A stretch of DNA of 64,000 nucleotides. Origin: a virus. The DNA is taken from positions 30,477 through 94,476 of the IMG/VR virus record IMGVR_UViG_3300050120_000158; one strand, written 5' to 3'. A program made the translations under genes and the position numbers. Of the stretch, positions 1 through 8,577 are shown piece after piece. Within the stretch, counting starts at the first letter, position 1. The number at the start of each line of letters is the position of its first letter. The notes beneath the pieces were generated by a model. It searched no databases, had not been told where the DNA came from, and was given only the letters and a program-made list of their open reading frames with translations.

Positions 1-30
1 AAAACCCCCGGACTTTCATCCGGGGGCTTA
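1..30 (-). terminator. Rho-independent terminator
   Basis: CCCCCGGA-ctttca-TCCGGGGG hairpin with an A-run at the 5' side of the + strand (U-run on minus), downstream of the 786-175 genes. Confidence 0.7.
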
Positions 31-174
31 GGGGAAGTATTCGCCGCGTACAGGGATCGAACCCGCACACCCTGCACTGTTGGTCAACTACGCAGAAGTC
101 ACCGGCGTTGTCGGCATCTGGAAAGGTTCATGGATACCCTTCCTAACCTAGTGGACGGATTACTTCCAAGCTTC

Positions 175-618
175 TTACGAACCGGCAGGGGCAACCGGAG
201 CGACAGGCGGGGTCGGGGTCGCAGCAGCGACAACAGCAGCGGCGGCGGCCGGGTCGGTCTCGGCGGGGGCGGCGACAACAGCAGCGGCGGCGGTCGCAAC
301 AGCGGTCGAGTGGGTAACGAGGGTCTGCTTGAAAGTGCCAAGCTGGCCAACAGCCGCTTCAAGCGCAGCATCGTCGCCGGAAGCCTGCGCAGCAACAGCC
401 GCGTCGATCAGGGGAATGATGCTGTTGATGGTGGTGCCGAGATCGGTGACGGCGTTAACAACGTCGGTGGTGGACTGTTTCATGTAGCGCTCCATGTGGA
501 TATCTCTGGCTGTAAGTTTCCTAACTTCGCCCGCCAGTTCAAGCAAAGCTAATTCAACGAGAGAAAGACCTTCCTCGACCGTTCTGCGGCGTTTACGTTG
601 CGGCCACTTGTCGAACAT
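175..618 (-). CDS. hypothetical Ala-rich protein (start may be downstream)
   Basis: ORF track; begins 3 nt after the DUF3309-like stop; Ala/Pro-rich tail. Confidence 0.6.
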   Translation of the reverse strand: MFDKWPQRKRRRTVEEGLSLVELALLELAGEVRKLTARDIHMERYMKQSTTDVVNAVTDLGTTINSIIPLIDAAVAAQASGDDAALEAAVGQLGTFKQTLVTHSTAVATAAAAVVAAPAETDPAAAAAVVAAATPTPPVAPVAPAGS

Positions 619-621
619 GGA

Positions 622-786
622 TCAAATTCTCCCGAGTAAGAGTAGGATAAGTAGCACGACAACGATAAGCCCAAGGCCACCGCCACCGTAGTACCCCGTT
701 CCATAGAATGGTCCGCCGCCAATTCCAGCGAACCCACCAAGCAACGCGATAACGAGAATGATCAGGATGATCGTGCCTAAGCTCAT
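622..786 (-). CDS. DUF3309-like small membrane protein (54 aa, not in ORF track)
   Basis: Hand translation MSLGTIILIILVIALLGGFAGIGGGPFYGTGYYGGGGLGLIVVVLLILLLLGRI; GGAG RBS; two hydrophobic segments around a Gly/Tyr loop, ending in GRI. Confidence 0.8.
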   Translation of the reverse strand: MSLGTIILIILVIALLGGFAGIGGGPFYGTGYYGGGGLGLIVVVLLILLLLGRI

Positions 787-821
787 GGCTGGCTCCATCT
801 GTTAAAATTGTAGTCCTTAAT

Positions 822-847
822 AACGCGCCGGGTCAAGTGAAGGTTCC
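822..847 (-). promoter_or_regulatory. EcfG/sigmaT-type (general stress response) promoter
   Basis: Minus strand GGAAC-N17-CGTT, about 35 nt upstream of the DUF3309-like ATG. Confidence 0.7.
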
Positions 848-854
848 GTGACAT

Positions 855-1097
855 TTATCCTTCCGTAAACAGCTTCGGTATCGCATCAAACGCCGGGGTG
901 CCCAGCAAACGAGACTGCATCCGCATTCGGAGAACATCGACGCCCGGCTTATGGTCGTCGGCGTTACCCAGAGCAAGATCAGTGAAACGTTTTATGTCGG
1001 CTTCCGGGTCCAGCATACCGCAATCGTTCTCGCGGACAGCGCGAGCATATGCTTCTGCCATGGCAATCCTATAGTGTGTTTCGCTAACCTCGGTCAT
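855..1097 (-). CDS. hypothetical protein
   Basis: ATG overlaps the polymerase stop. Confidence 0.65.
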   Translation of the reverse strand: MTEVSETHYRIAMAEAYARAVRENDCGMLDPEADIKRFTDLALGNADDHKPGVDVLRMRMQSRLLGTPAFDAIPKLFTEG

Positions 1098-3853
1098 GCT
1101 GCTTTCCTTGCTGGTAGTCGGATAACCCGGAACGGCGGTCTGGATTTTGCAGGTTCCTGCACGGGCTTTTTCTTGGCGTCCTCGATTGCCTTAACGTGTT
1201 CGAACGTGGTGATCTTCGCGTCGCCCAAAATCTTCTTGTCGAGTTCAATCATCTTGGCCAAGTTCATGCCGATAGATACGTCCGCAATGATTGGGATTGG
1301 CGGCGTAAAGCCAAACCATTCCTTAAGCGGATTTGTTTCCATGTAGCGCTTTACTTCTCGGGCCGCTTCCATTTCACGGCCCTTACGAGCAATACAAATA
1401 ATAGCATCGTGAACGAAACCAATAACCCGAACATAGTTATGATCAAGCCCAGCATTAATCCTAGCGAGCGCAATAAGACCAAGATCGGAACCGAAGCCCT
1501 GTACTGGTGAATTGACGGCCATACGTTCTGCGGACGAAGCAACGCCATCGTCGTCCACAACAACAGCAGGCAAATGACGAACCCGACCATCGATGCACCT
1601 GACATATTTATGTATCCTTACGAATGCCTTGACGCTTTCATGCCACGACGACAAGGCGCGGTACTTGCTAAAGAACGCACCGCGAATTCTTTTACCTTCT
1701 TCCTCGGTGTAGTCGATGCCGTAATCCGTCTTGGCATAAATGACGAACTTGCGGAAACCCATGCCATATATAAAGCCGAAGTTGACGGCCTTGGCACGGT
1801 ACCGCCCCAGAGCATACTTTTCGGGGTCGTTTTGCTTGAGGGCCATAAAGGCTTCAAGGCTAATTCCCATGACGATAGCCGCCGTCATGCAGTGAATATC
1901 GCCGCCTTCCTTGTAAATCTTGAGGAAGGTCGGCTCTTTCGAGAGAATGCCAGCGATACGAAGTTCTAGCTGCGAATAGTCGGCTTCCAGTAAGACCCAT
2001 CCGTCAGGAGCTTCGAAGATAGCTCGATACTCTTTTGCGAACTCGCCGCGCTTGGGGAAGTTTTGCCCATTTGGATTATCTGACGCAGATCGTCCGGTGA
2101 CGGTTGCATGCAACTTATAAGATGGTCGGATATAACCGCCGTTGATATATTGCCAGAAGCCAGTGGCATCAACCCACTTTCCTTCGCTGTCTTGATGCCT
2201 GTCACGCCCTATGTACGTGGTAAGCATCTTCTCGTTTTTGACGTAAGCAATAAGGTCGGCAATTAGATCGCACGTCTTCTCGACGCCGTTCCAATCCTTA
2301 TACGTCCCGCGCATGTGCTTGCCGATGAAGTACGGCAGATGCGTCTTGGTTGATGTAGAGGCTAGACCGGATTTGGTCTTATGGAGCGGCTTGATCTTTA
2401 GGCCGTCTTTATGGTCGAACAGGAAATCCCGCAACAGCACTTCGCGGGTTAGTTTGAGGCCGACGCCTGTATTCTCGAATTTGTCTCGTATCGTTTTCGG
2501 GATAAGCGACATAAGCCGCTTGCGTTCAAAGTCCTGTTTCTTTTGGACCTTTACCCGAAGCGTTTCAAGCGCGATCCTGTTGACCTTGAAGCCGCGAGGC
2601 TCGATATCGCAGAACGCTCGCAAGGCCGGTAGCACTACGCGGTTATAGCAATTCAATAGCTTGGGATCGGCGGCGATCTTCGCCTTAAGGATCGTCCTTA
2701 GCTGGAATGTGCAGTCGCTATCCGCCGCGCTATAGGCAAGAATGTCTTCGGGCGGCACAAGGTCCATGCGGGCCATGTCATAGCCCTTACGCCGGAACTC
2801 GTCTTTGTAGCCCGCCATCTCAGGAAGATAGACCCGGGCGATATCGTCAAGCGCCTTGCTCAACATGTTTTCGTTAATCATGTGAACAAGCATAAGAACG
2901 TCATCCGCATAGTTTGCGATCTTGACACCTATCTTGGTAAGCAGGAAAAGGAAATCGTACTTGAGGTTCTGGCCTACTACCTCGCAATCCTTGTTCTCAA
3001 GTAATGTCTTGAGTTGTGCGATTAATTTGGTTCGCGTCCCCGGCGCTATCGGATACCCGGGGTAGTCAATTGGAACAACGTAGCTGTCGCCAGCCTTATC
3101 AGTAAGCTGTACGGTGAGTATCTTACTGTGGGGGTTGTACCAGTGGGAGAACTCTGCGGTGCCGAATGCGCTTGTCTCCGTATCGACCGCCAGAACCTTC
3201 GGCTTCCGATTGATCAGGAATTGAAGATCGGTACACCACTTATAGTTTTTGGCCGGGCCAGTTGGACCGCCGACTTTGAAATCGTTTTTGATGATCTGCA
3301 TCGCCGTTCGCATATCGGCGGTAAACAGTTCGGCATGCTCTGGCACTCGCAAGACATGACCAAGCCCAAGCATTGGCATGATAGGAACGCCTAGCGTTTC
3401 GTCCTCAATGGCAACACCGCGAAGCTTGGTGATCTTGGCCGGTCGATTGAGGACTTGCCGTATCGCCGCCTTGCCTTGCGCTATGACCAGCCTTGGCTTG
3501 AGCGCATGGAACGCTTCCATGAATTTCGGGTGATCGTTCTTGATTGCCTTGCCGAGTTTCGAGTCGCTTGTCCAAGCGTCCTTGTCGATTGGGTTGCATG
3601 CGCTGACAAAACAAACGTTATCCCCGGAAAGCCCAGCCTCTTTCATGAACGGTGCAAGCTGGGTAAGTAGCCGGTTATGCATCGGCTTGGGGTTAACGTC
3701 GAAGAACTCGCCCTCGTAAACGATTGGATCGACCACGATCATTACCGGCGCGGCGGGGTTACCCTGCCACGGCAGTTTGCAGGTTCCTGCAAGGTTTCCG
3801 CGTCCATTGAGAACGGTGCGGCGCTTCGGTAGCTGAATTACTCTAAGAGCCAT
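1094..3853 (-). CDS. polA: family A DNA polymerase with 3'-5' exonuclease and N-terminal uracil-DNA-glycosylase-like domain (SPO1-type architecture)
   Basis: Exonuclease motifs DTET, NLKYD, YSAAD; polymerase motifs DYSQLELR, RAKAVNFGFIYG, VHDA; N-terminal GNPAAPVMIV..KPRLVIAQGKAA..ITKLRG. Confidence 0.95.
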   Translation of the reverse strand: MALRVIQLPKRRTVLNGRGNLAGTCKLPWQGNPAAPVMIVVDPIVYEGEFFDVNPKPMHNRLLTQLAPFMKEAGLSGDNVCFVSACNPIDKDAWTSDSKLGKAIKNDHPKFMEAFHALKPRLVIAQGKAAIRQVLNRPAKITKLRGVAIEDETLGVPIMPMLGLGHVLRVPEHAELFTADMRTAMQIIKNDFKVGGPTGPAKNYKWCTDLQFLINRKPKVLAVDTETSAFGTAEFSHWYNPHSKILTVQLTDKAGDSYVVPIDYPGYPIAPGTRTKLIAQLKTLLENKDCEVVGQNLKYDFLFLLTKIGVKIANYADDVLMLVHMINENMLSKALDDIARVYLPEMAGYKDEFRRKGYDMARMDLVPPEDILAYSAADSDCTFQLRTILKAKIAADPKLLNCYNRVVLPALRAFCDIEPRGFKVNRIALETLRVKVQKKQDFERKRLMSLIPKTIRDKFENTGVGLKLTREVLLRDFLFDHKDGLKIKPLHKTKSGLASTSTKTHLPYFIGKHMRGTYKDWNGVEKTCDLIADLIAYVKNEKMLTTYIGRDRHQDSEGKWVDATGFWQYINGGYIRPSYKLHATVTGRSASDNPNGQNFPKRGEFAKEYRAIFEAPDGWVLLEADYSQLELRIAGILSKEPTFLKIYKEGGDIHCMTAAIVMGISLEAFMALKQNDPEKYALGRYRAKAVNFGFIYGMGFRKFVIYAKTDYGIDYTEEEGKRIRGAFFSKYRALSSWHESVKAFVRIHKYVRCIDGRVRHLPAVVVDDDGVASSAERMAVNSPVQGFGSDLGLIALARINAGLDHNYVRVIGFVHDAIICIARKGREMEAAREVKRYMETNPLKEWFGFTPPIPIIADVSIGMNLAKMIELDKKILGDAKITTFEHVKAIEDAKKKPVQEPAKSRPPFRVIRLPARKAA

Positions 3854-4460
3854 CGAATTTTATAAATTCCGTGTTGCCGCTTACATATAGAGGATGCCGG
3901 GGAAAGCCGTCTTTGGTCAAGCCCAAGCAAACTGTCTTGTCATGGTATTTGTCTACTTCGTCCAAAACCCTGTGTGCTATCGGCATCCATCGCGGGTTAA
4001 GTGCGCCGTAGGCCATGACGATTAGATCGGCCTCTTTGGCGAACGCTGCGATGGTAGCAAAATTGTTGACGCTGAAAGGCGGCACATTGTTTCGGTAACG
4101 GTCGTTAAGCAGATCGGATGGATGCGTCGCCCGATAGTCCATTAGGTTGCACTTTACCATAGAATGCTTGGCTTCACGCCAAGTGAAGCCCATCTCTCGG
4201 CGAATGGTCGGGTCGTCTACATTTCCTTCGCCGACCGATGGGTTATGACCTATCCATAGGATATAGCCTTCCCCGCGACAGGTTCTAGTACGTTTAAGAA
4301 TGTGCCGGTAGCAACCGTCATTACTGAATACCGCGTCTCCGACAATTCCCGGCTGTAACGCCCAACGCTTAGAGCCGCCCGCGTCGTGTTTTGCAGGTTC
4401 CTGCAAGCGCGGCTTGGATATGCCTTTCAGAAAGCGGGGTGGGCGGATAATCAAACCCAT
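3843..4460 (-). CDS. DUF1643 family protein
   Basis: AVFS..YRHIL..WIGHNPS..DDPTIRR..GLTKDGFPRHPLY; start inferred from the TAATG overlap at 4460. Confidence 0.85.
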   Translation of the reverse strand: MGLIIRPPRFLKGISKPRLQEPAKHDAGGSKRWALQPGIVGDAVFSNDGCYRHILKRTRTCRGEGYILWIGHNPSVGEGNVDDPTIRREMGFTWREAKHSMVKCNLMDYRATHPSDLLNDRYRNNVPPFSVNNFATIAAFAKEADLIVMAYGALNPRWMPIAHRVLDEVDKYHDKTVCLGLTKDGFPRHPLYVSGNTEFIKFDGS

Positions 4461-5017
4461 TAGCCTAGGACCTGTCCGATAATATCCCACATATGTTCGA
4501 CCGGCATAGCATTGTTCCGGTTGAACTCGTTATCGGGGGCGGTCCCGATTGGCACAAGCACCCTTGGCGAATTGCCGGAACTGCCTATCTTGGTCATGAT
4601 CGAGGCGGACGGTCGGTCGGTGAAGCTCTCATGGTACTTCATGCCATGCATGTTGTAGCTCTGGCCCGCCGAGATCAAACGCATTGCCGGGTGATGGAGC
4701 ATAACCTTGAATGCGCCAGCGACCGGCTCAAGCACAGTGTCCTCGCCGTCGCGTGTTACCGGTTCGAACAGCGCATGCGTTGGCGCGTCGGTGACCTTGC
4801 TGAAATCGTAAACGGCGTTGATCAGTCTGCCGACGATAATCTCGCTTCGAAAGTTAAACCGGTGATTATGGATCGAGGTATCGATCTTCTGCCGGGGCAA
4901 GTCCGGGTGCCCCCAGATATGCAAGCGCTGGCCATTCTTGAAATCCAGTTGCATGAAGCCGTTACCGTGGATACGTGGAACGGTGCCTATCTCTTGTAAG
5001 TCTCTGATACTAATCAT
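4460..5017 (-). CDS. hypothetical protein, possible cupin/double-stranded beta-helix fold
   Basis: IHNHRFNFRSEIIVG...YHES His pattern. Confidence 0.6.
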   Translation of the reverse strand: MISIRDLQEIGTVPRIHGNGFMQLDFKNGQRLHIWGHPDLPRQKIDTSIHNHRFNFRSEIIVGRLINAVYDFSKVTDAPTHALFEPVTRDGEDTVLEPVAGAFKVMLHHPAMRLISAGQSYNMHGMKYHESFTDRPSASIMTKIGSSGNSPRVLVPIGTAPDNEFNRNNAMPVEHMWDIIGQVLG

Positions 5018-5024
5018 CTTTCCC

Positions 5025-6335
5025 TCAGATCATATGGCTCATGTCTTGTTGCACGGTTTCTTCTTCCTCGTTATTCGAAGCTGCACTTACAAAGTCGAAA
5101 CATACCGGGGAGAACTCGTACTTGAATTGAAAGCGCCCACCCTCGCCTTCGCGGCCTTTCATGATGGCCGCCCAGCGTCGGATTTCAGATAGCGGAGGGA
5201 ACGCTTTTGCGACGCCCAAGACGCATGACGATGCTTGGCCGATAACATCGGTTTCCGCGATCTTGGCGAGAGACAGGTGCGAAGTAGGGTTTGTGTTCTG
5301 TTGACTGTCCCGGGTCCGCACTCGTTCCGCCGAACGGTTGAACTGTGTGCTTTGGACAAGCGGTCGGCGGCGCTCAATGGTGATCCGCTTCAAATCTTCG
5401 ATTGTATCGCTGATCGTTTCCCGGCGACCATCGGAATTCTTGCGCTTGGTGCTGGACTTAAGCAAGTACCCCGCATCAACGAAAATGATATCCGGGTCCG
5501 TTGCGTCCGCTACCGATTGGACGGTTTCTACTGATTTCTTGAAACCCCCAGCGATGACATTGAACGGAATGCCATTCTGTACCATCCCCGTTGCATGATC
5601 CTGCAACTGGTTTGCCATGAAAGACGATAGACGCCCCTTGCGGATTAGATCGGGATTGATCTTGGTGTGAATACCAAACAAACGCCGGATCAATTGGGTT
5701 ACGCCAAGTTCCATAGATACGAACAGGACGTTATACCCGGCATTCCAAGCGGCATACGCCATGATCAGCATCATGTAGGTTTTGCCAACACCAATACGCC
5801 CGATCACGGAGATAAGATCGTCCGCGAACCATCCGCCAGTAATGTCGTTTAGGTAATTCCAGCCGGTCGGGATACCGCGCAATCCAGAGGTGCGGTGCGC
5901 GTCGTCATAGTCCTGTAGAACGCTCTCTAGCCCGGCTTGCAGGGTCGCGAACTCAGACGACGCGGATACGAAGCTGGCCGACCGCTGGATAACTTCACGG
6001 GCCATGGCAACGAAAGCATCCGGGTCTTTGCGTTCGATGGCATTTCGGAATTCATTGAACGGGTCCATCAGGGCGCTATAGAGTGCGCGCTTCCTGCCTT
6101 GATCCAAGTAGAACGATAGCGGCTGAGCTACCTGCAACGTAGTTATGCCGGTCTGCCGCCTAAACATGTTGGCGTCGGGAAATGCCCGGTACTGCGTAAC
6201 ATGGTCGCGCAGATATCGGAACGCCGCTAATTCGTCGGCTTCTTCGAAGTAGCTTTCAGGAGTATCGCGGATCGCGGCGGTGCTGCCGCTTCTACGCAAG
6301 GCCGATAAAAGATTAACGCCCGTAGGTGTTGCCAT
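5025..6335 (-). CDS. dnaB: DnaB-like replicative helicase
   Basis: GIPTGW, Walker A GRIGVGKT, FVSMEL, IIFVD, QFNR, KGREG. Confidence 0.92.
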   Translation of the reverse strand: MATPTGVNLLSALRRSGSTAAIRDTPESYFEEADELAAFRYLRDHVTQYRAFPDANMFRRQTGITTLQVAQPLSFYLDQGRKRALYSALMDPFNEFRNAIERKDPDAFVAMAREVIQRSASFVSASSEFATLQAGLESVLQDYDDAHRTSGLRGIPTGWNYLNDITGGWFADDLISVIGRIGVGKTYMMLIMAYAAWNAGYNVLFVSMELGVTQLIRRLFGIHTKINPDLIRKGRLSSFMANQLQDHATGMVQNGIPFNVIAGGFKKSVETVQSVADATDPDIIFVDAGYLLKSSTKRKNSDGRRETISDTIEDLKRITIERRRPLVQSTQFNRSAERVRTRDSQQNTNPTSHLSLAKIAETDVIGQASSCVLGVAKAFPPLSEIRRWAAIMKGREGEGGRFQFKYEFSPVCFDFVSAASNNEEEETVQQDMSHMI

Positions 6336-6338
6336 CCG

Positions 6339-6857
6339 TTACACCGCGAACGAACGGAGTAAGCGGCCTTGCGTGACGCGAAAACCTTCGCTCCACCAAT
6401 CCGCTTCAGCTATCGGCTTTGTCATGGAGTAGTAGTTCCGTTTCTTCTGGTTGGTGCGTTCCTGTAGAAATTCCTCGACGTGCATTCGTTGGGCATAGTC
6501 CAGTGGCATCGGAATAGAATGATCATACATGGTCGCGACATACAGGGCTACCGCCCCGGCGACTTCATCGAATGCAGGGTGGTTATCTTCGGTCACCGCA
6601 AGCATGAGCGCGGGCATAGTGACATAGCGAACGTTCCGCCCAAGTAGCGCAGCGCCCCGGGCCATTGCCGCAAAGGTCTCGAACCGTGATGCCGAGGCCC
6701 CATGAATAACGGCACCTACCCCGGCAATAATATCCTCACGATAACCATCGGTTTGTAGGTACGTCGCAATCGCCATGTTACAGGTCGATATCCTCGTATC
6801 GTGATGACGGAACGGGATGCGGGCGGCCTTTAGGATTTCGTCGGCAGAGACTTCCAT
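6339..6857 (-). CDS. putative degenerate DnaC-like helicase loader
   Basis: ARIPFRH N-terminus; position between replication genes and helicase; no intact Walker A. Confidence 0.45.
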   Translation of the reverse strand: MEVSADEILKAARIPFRHHDTRISTCNMAIATYLQTDGYREDIIAGVGAVIHGASASRFETFAAMARGAALLGRNVRYVTMPALMLAVTEDNHPAFDEVAGAVALYVATMYDHSIPMPLDYAQRMHVEEFLQERTNQKKRNYYSMTKPIAEADWWSEGFRVTQGRLLRSFAV

Positions 6858-7459
6858 TATTTATCGTCCCATTTTGGTAGACCAAGACTTACCCGTGCGG
6901 CATTGCTCGCAACCGGGTCGGCTTTATAGCGGTTAATTGGAATACGCTTTAACGGGGCAGGCGGGGCCGCTGGCGCTGGTTTCGGTATTGGCCGGGCCGC
7001 GATAGGGGCAGGCGCGGCAACCGTACCGTTGAGCCGCTTACCAAGCGGGAGGCTGGCTGCGATTTCCGGCTTGCTCCGCATGAAGCTTGCATGAACCTGC
7101 ACGAGGTTAGGGATGACGAACTTTAAGTCCGGCGCTTCCGGTCCTCGCGGGGTACTGAGCGAATAGCTGAAAACCTGCGTCCGAAGTTGCTGCCAGTTCG
7201 CAACAATCCAATAAAGGAAGTTGCACACGTCCTCATGGCGAAGCCCGCGCTTCGCAACCGCCTGCTTAAGGTTGTTGCCAACCCGGTCAGGGTAGCTAAT
7301 GACGCTTTCAGGATAGAACTCACGAAGGGCGTCCTCCCATGTCTTACGCCAAGCGGAATAGTTGCCCTTGGCAATGTTCTTCTTTCGAGAGGTTTGGGCT
7401 TTTTCTAAGGTAGACGCGACCACTGCGCTAAGTAACGCCTGTGTAGCTTGGTTCGGCAT
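6857..7459 (-). CDS. hypothetical replication-module protein
   Basis: Translationally coupled (TAATG) to the next gene. Confidence 0.7.
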   Translation of the reverse strand: MPNQATQALLSAVVASTLEKAQTSRKKNIAKGNYSAWRKTWEDALREFYPESVISYPDRVGNNLKQAVAKRGLRHEDVCNFLYWIVANWQQLRTQVFSYSLSTPRGPEAPDLKFVIPNLVQVHASFMRSKPEIAASLPLGKRLNGTVAAPAPIAARPIPKPAPAAPPAPLKRIPINRYKADPVASNAARVSLGLPKWDDK

Positions 7460-7476
7460 GTGATGCTTTCTGCGTC

Positions 7477-8145
7477 TTACTTTTTGTTGATTTGGATTTT
7501 ACGCAGTCTTACTGGAACTAAAACCTCGGTCGGAGGCGGCATCGCCGCAGGGTTAAAAATTGGATTGTTAAAGTTCTGACTATTAAGAACCCCAGCATCC
7601 TTAGTAGGGGCTACCTCAGTATTCTGAGTGGGGGTACCCAAGAATTTTGAGGTAGCCCCCTCTAGTAGAGCCTGCACCGCCGGGGCCTGTAATACCTTGG
7701 CTTGCATCCTTTCGTTAAGCGAGCGCTGGTACCGTCGAGTGTATGCAACAACATGCTCCCGGTCGATTTCAGCATCACCCCTGATCCTGTACATGTTGGG
7801 ATTTGACGTGCCGGGGTAACTGCGGACTTCTACAATCCCTTTGCCTTTAAGATGCTTCAGGCATTCCCAAATCTTGGGTTCGCTTACATCGACCGGAGGT
7901 GCAACGAGATTACCATCAGCCGAGAACACTCCGTTCTTGAAGTGTTTGATCGGGATGCTTTCCCATTCCTTCCGGTAAAGCCTAGTGCGAAGGAAAATGA
8001 AGTTGAGAACGTCGCGCTCATACGTGTCTAGGTATAGTCCGTATGGTGTCATAACGTCCCTCAAGATCGCCCAAGTATCCGCCCACGATGGGTCGCTGCC
8101 GCGCGCCGCCATTACGATTATTTCCCCGAATTTGCTGATACCCAA
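7477..8145 (-). CDS. putative replication initiator / wHTH protein (start uncertain)
   Basis: HTH-like segment VSEPKIWECLKHLKGKGIVEV; first gene of the replication module. Confidence 0.55.
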   Translation of the reverse strand: MGISKFGEIIVMAARGSDPSWADTWAILRDVMTPYGLYLDTYERDVLNFIFLRTRLYRKEWESIPIKHFKNGVFSADGNLVAPPVDVSEPKIWECLKHLKGKGIVEVRSYPGTSNPNMYRIRGDAEIDREHVVAYTRRYQRSLNERMQAKVLQAPAVQALLEGATSKFLGTPTQNTEVAPTKDAGVLNSQNFNNPIFNPAAMPPPTEVLVPVRLRKIQINKK

Positions 8146-8263
8146 TAGTACGATTTACGCGGCGCTGTCGCAATCGCGATGTACTTGGTTTTGCTGCCAT
8201 ATTCGGGGTCTTGACATAGAGCAAATCGCGCTTGCAGGTTCCTGCACCCGCATCGCACATTCT

Positions 8264-8279
8264 TGGCACGTTTCTTGCT
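8264..8279 (+). promoter_or_regulatory. sigma54 -24/-12 consensus box upstream of attP and integrase
   Basis: TGGCACG-TTTC-TTGCT with exact GG-N10-GC spacing. Confidence 0.5.
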
Positions 8280-8351
8280 TGTTTGGGATACTGCGACGTT
8301 TTGTCGCGGTCATGGCGCAGCGCGGTAAGACTAGAACGCTGCGGGAACAAA

Positions 8352-8558
8352 ACGTCCTACATACGTCCTACAAACGTCCTACGGGCCGTAATCGGCCCAT
8401 TGATTTCATTGCAGATTTTTGGTTTGTGTAGGACGTGTGGCGGAGAGGGAGAGCGCCAAGCGGACAGGCAAGAAACCCAATGGTACCAGTCAATCCATTG
8501 TACCGATTGACATTTCCAGCTTGCACGGCTTAGCTGGGCGTCCTACATACGTCCTACA
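8352..8558. other. attP: attP: core TGGCGGAGAGGGAG (8438-8451) plus six arm-type repeats
   Basis: ACGTCCTACA-type 10-mers at 8352, 8363, 8374, 8538, 8549 and inverted at 8427; the core is the reverse complement of CTCCCTCTCCGCCA, a typical tRNA-Ser 3' end; directly upstream of the integrase. Confidence 0.8.
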
Positions 8559-8577
8559 TTGCCGTTGGGTTTTTTTC

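Noticed and set aside
8352-8383. 11-bp tandem repeat as a mini-CRISPR or replication iterons
   Set aside because: No spacers; the arrangement on both sides of a tRNA-like core next to the integrase fits arm-type sites better, although an iteron role is not strictly excluded
8419-8577. N-terminal extension of the integrase in the ORF track
   Set aside because: It runs through attP; the recognisable integrase N-terminus starts at ATG 8578
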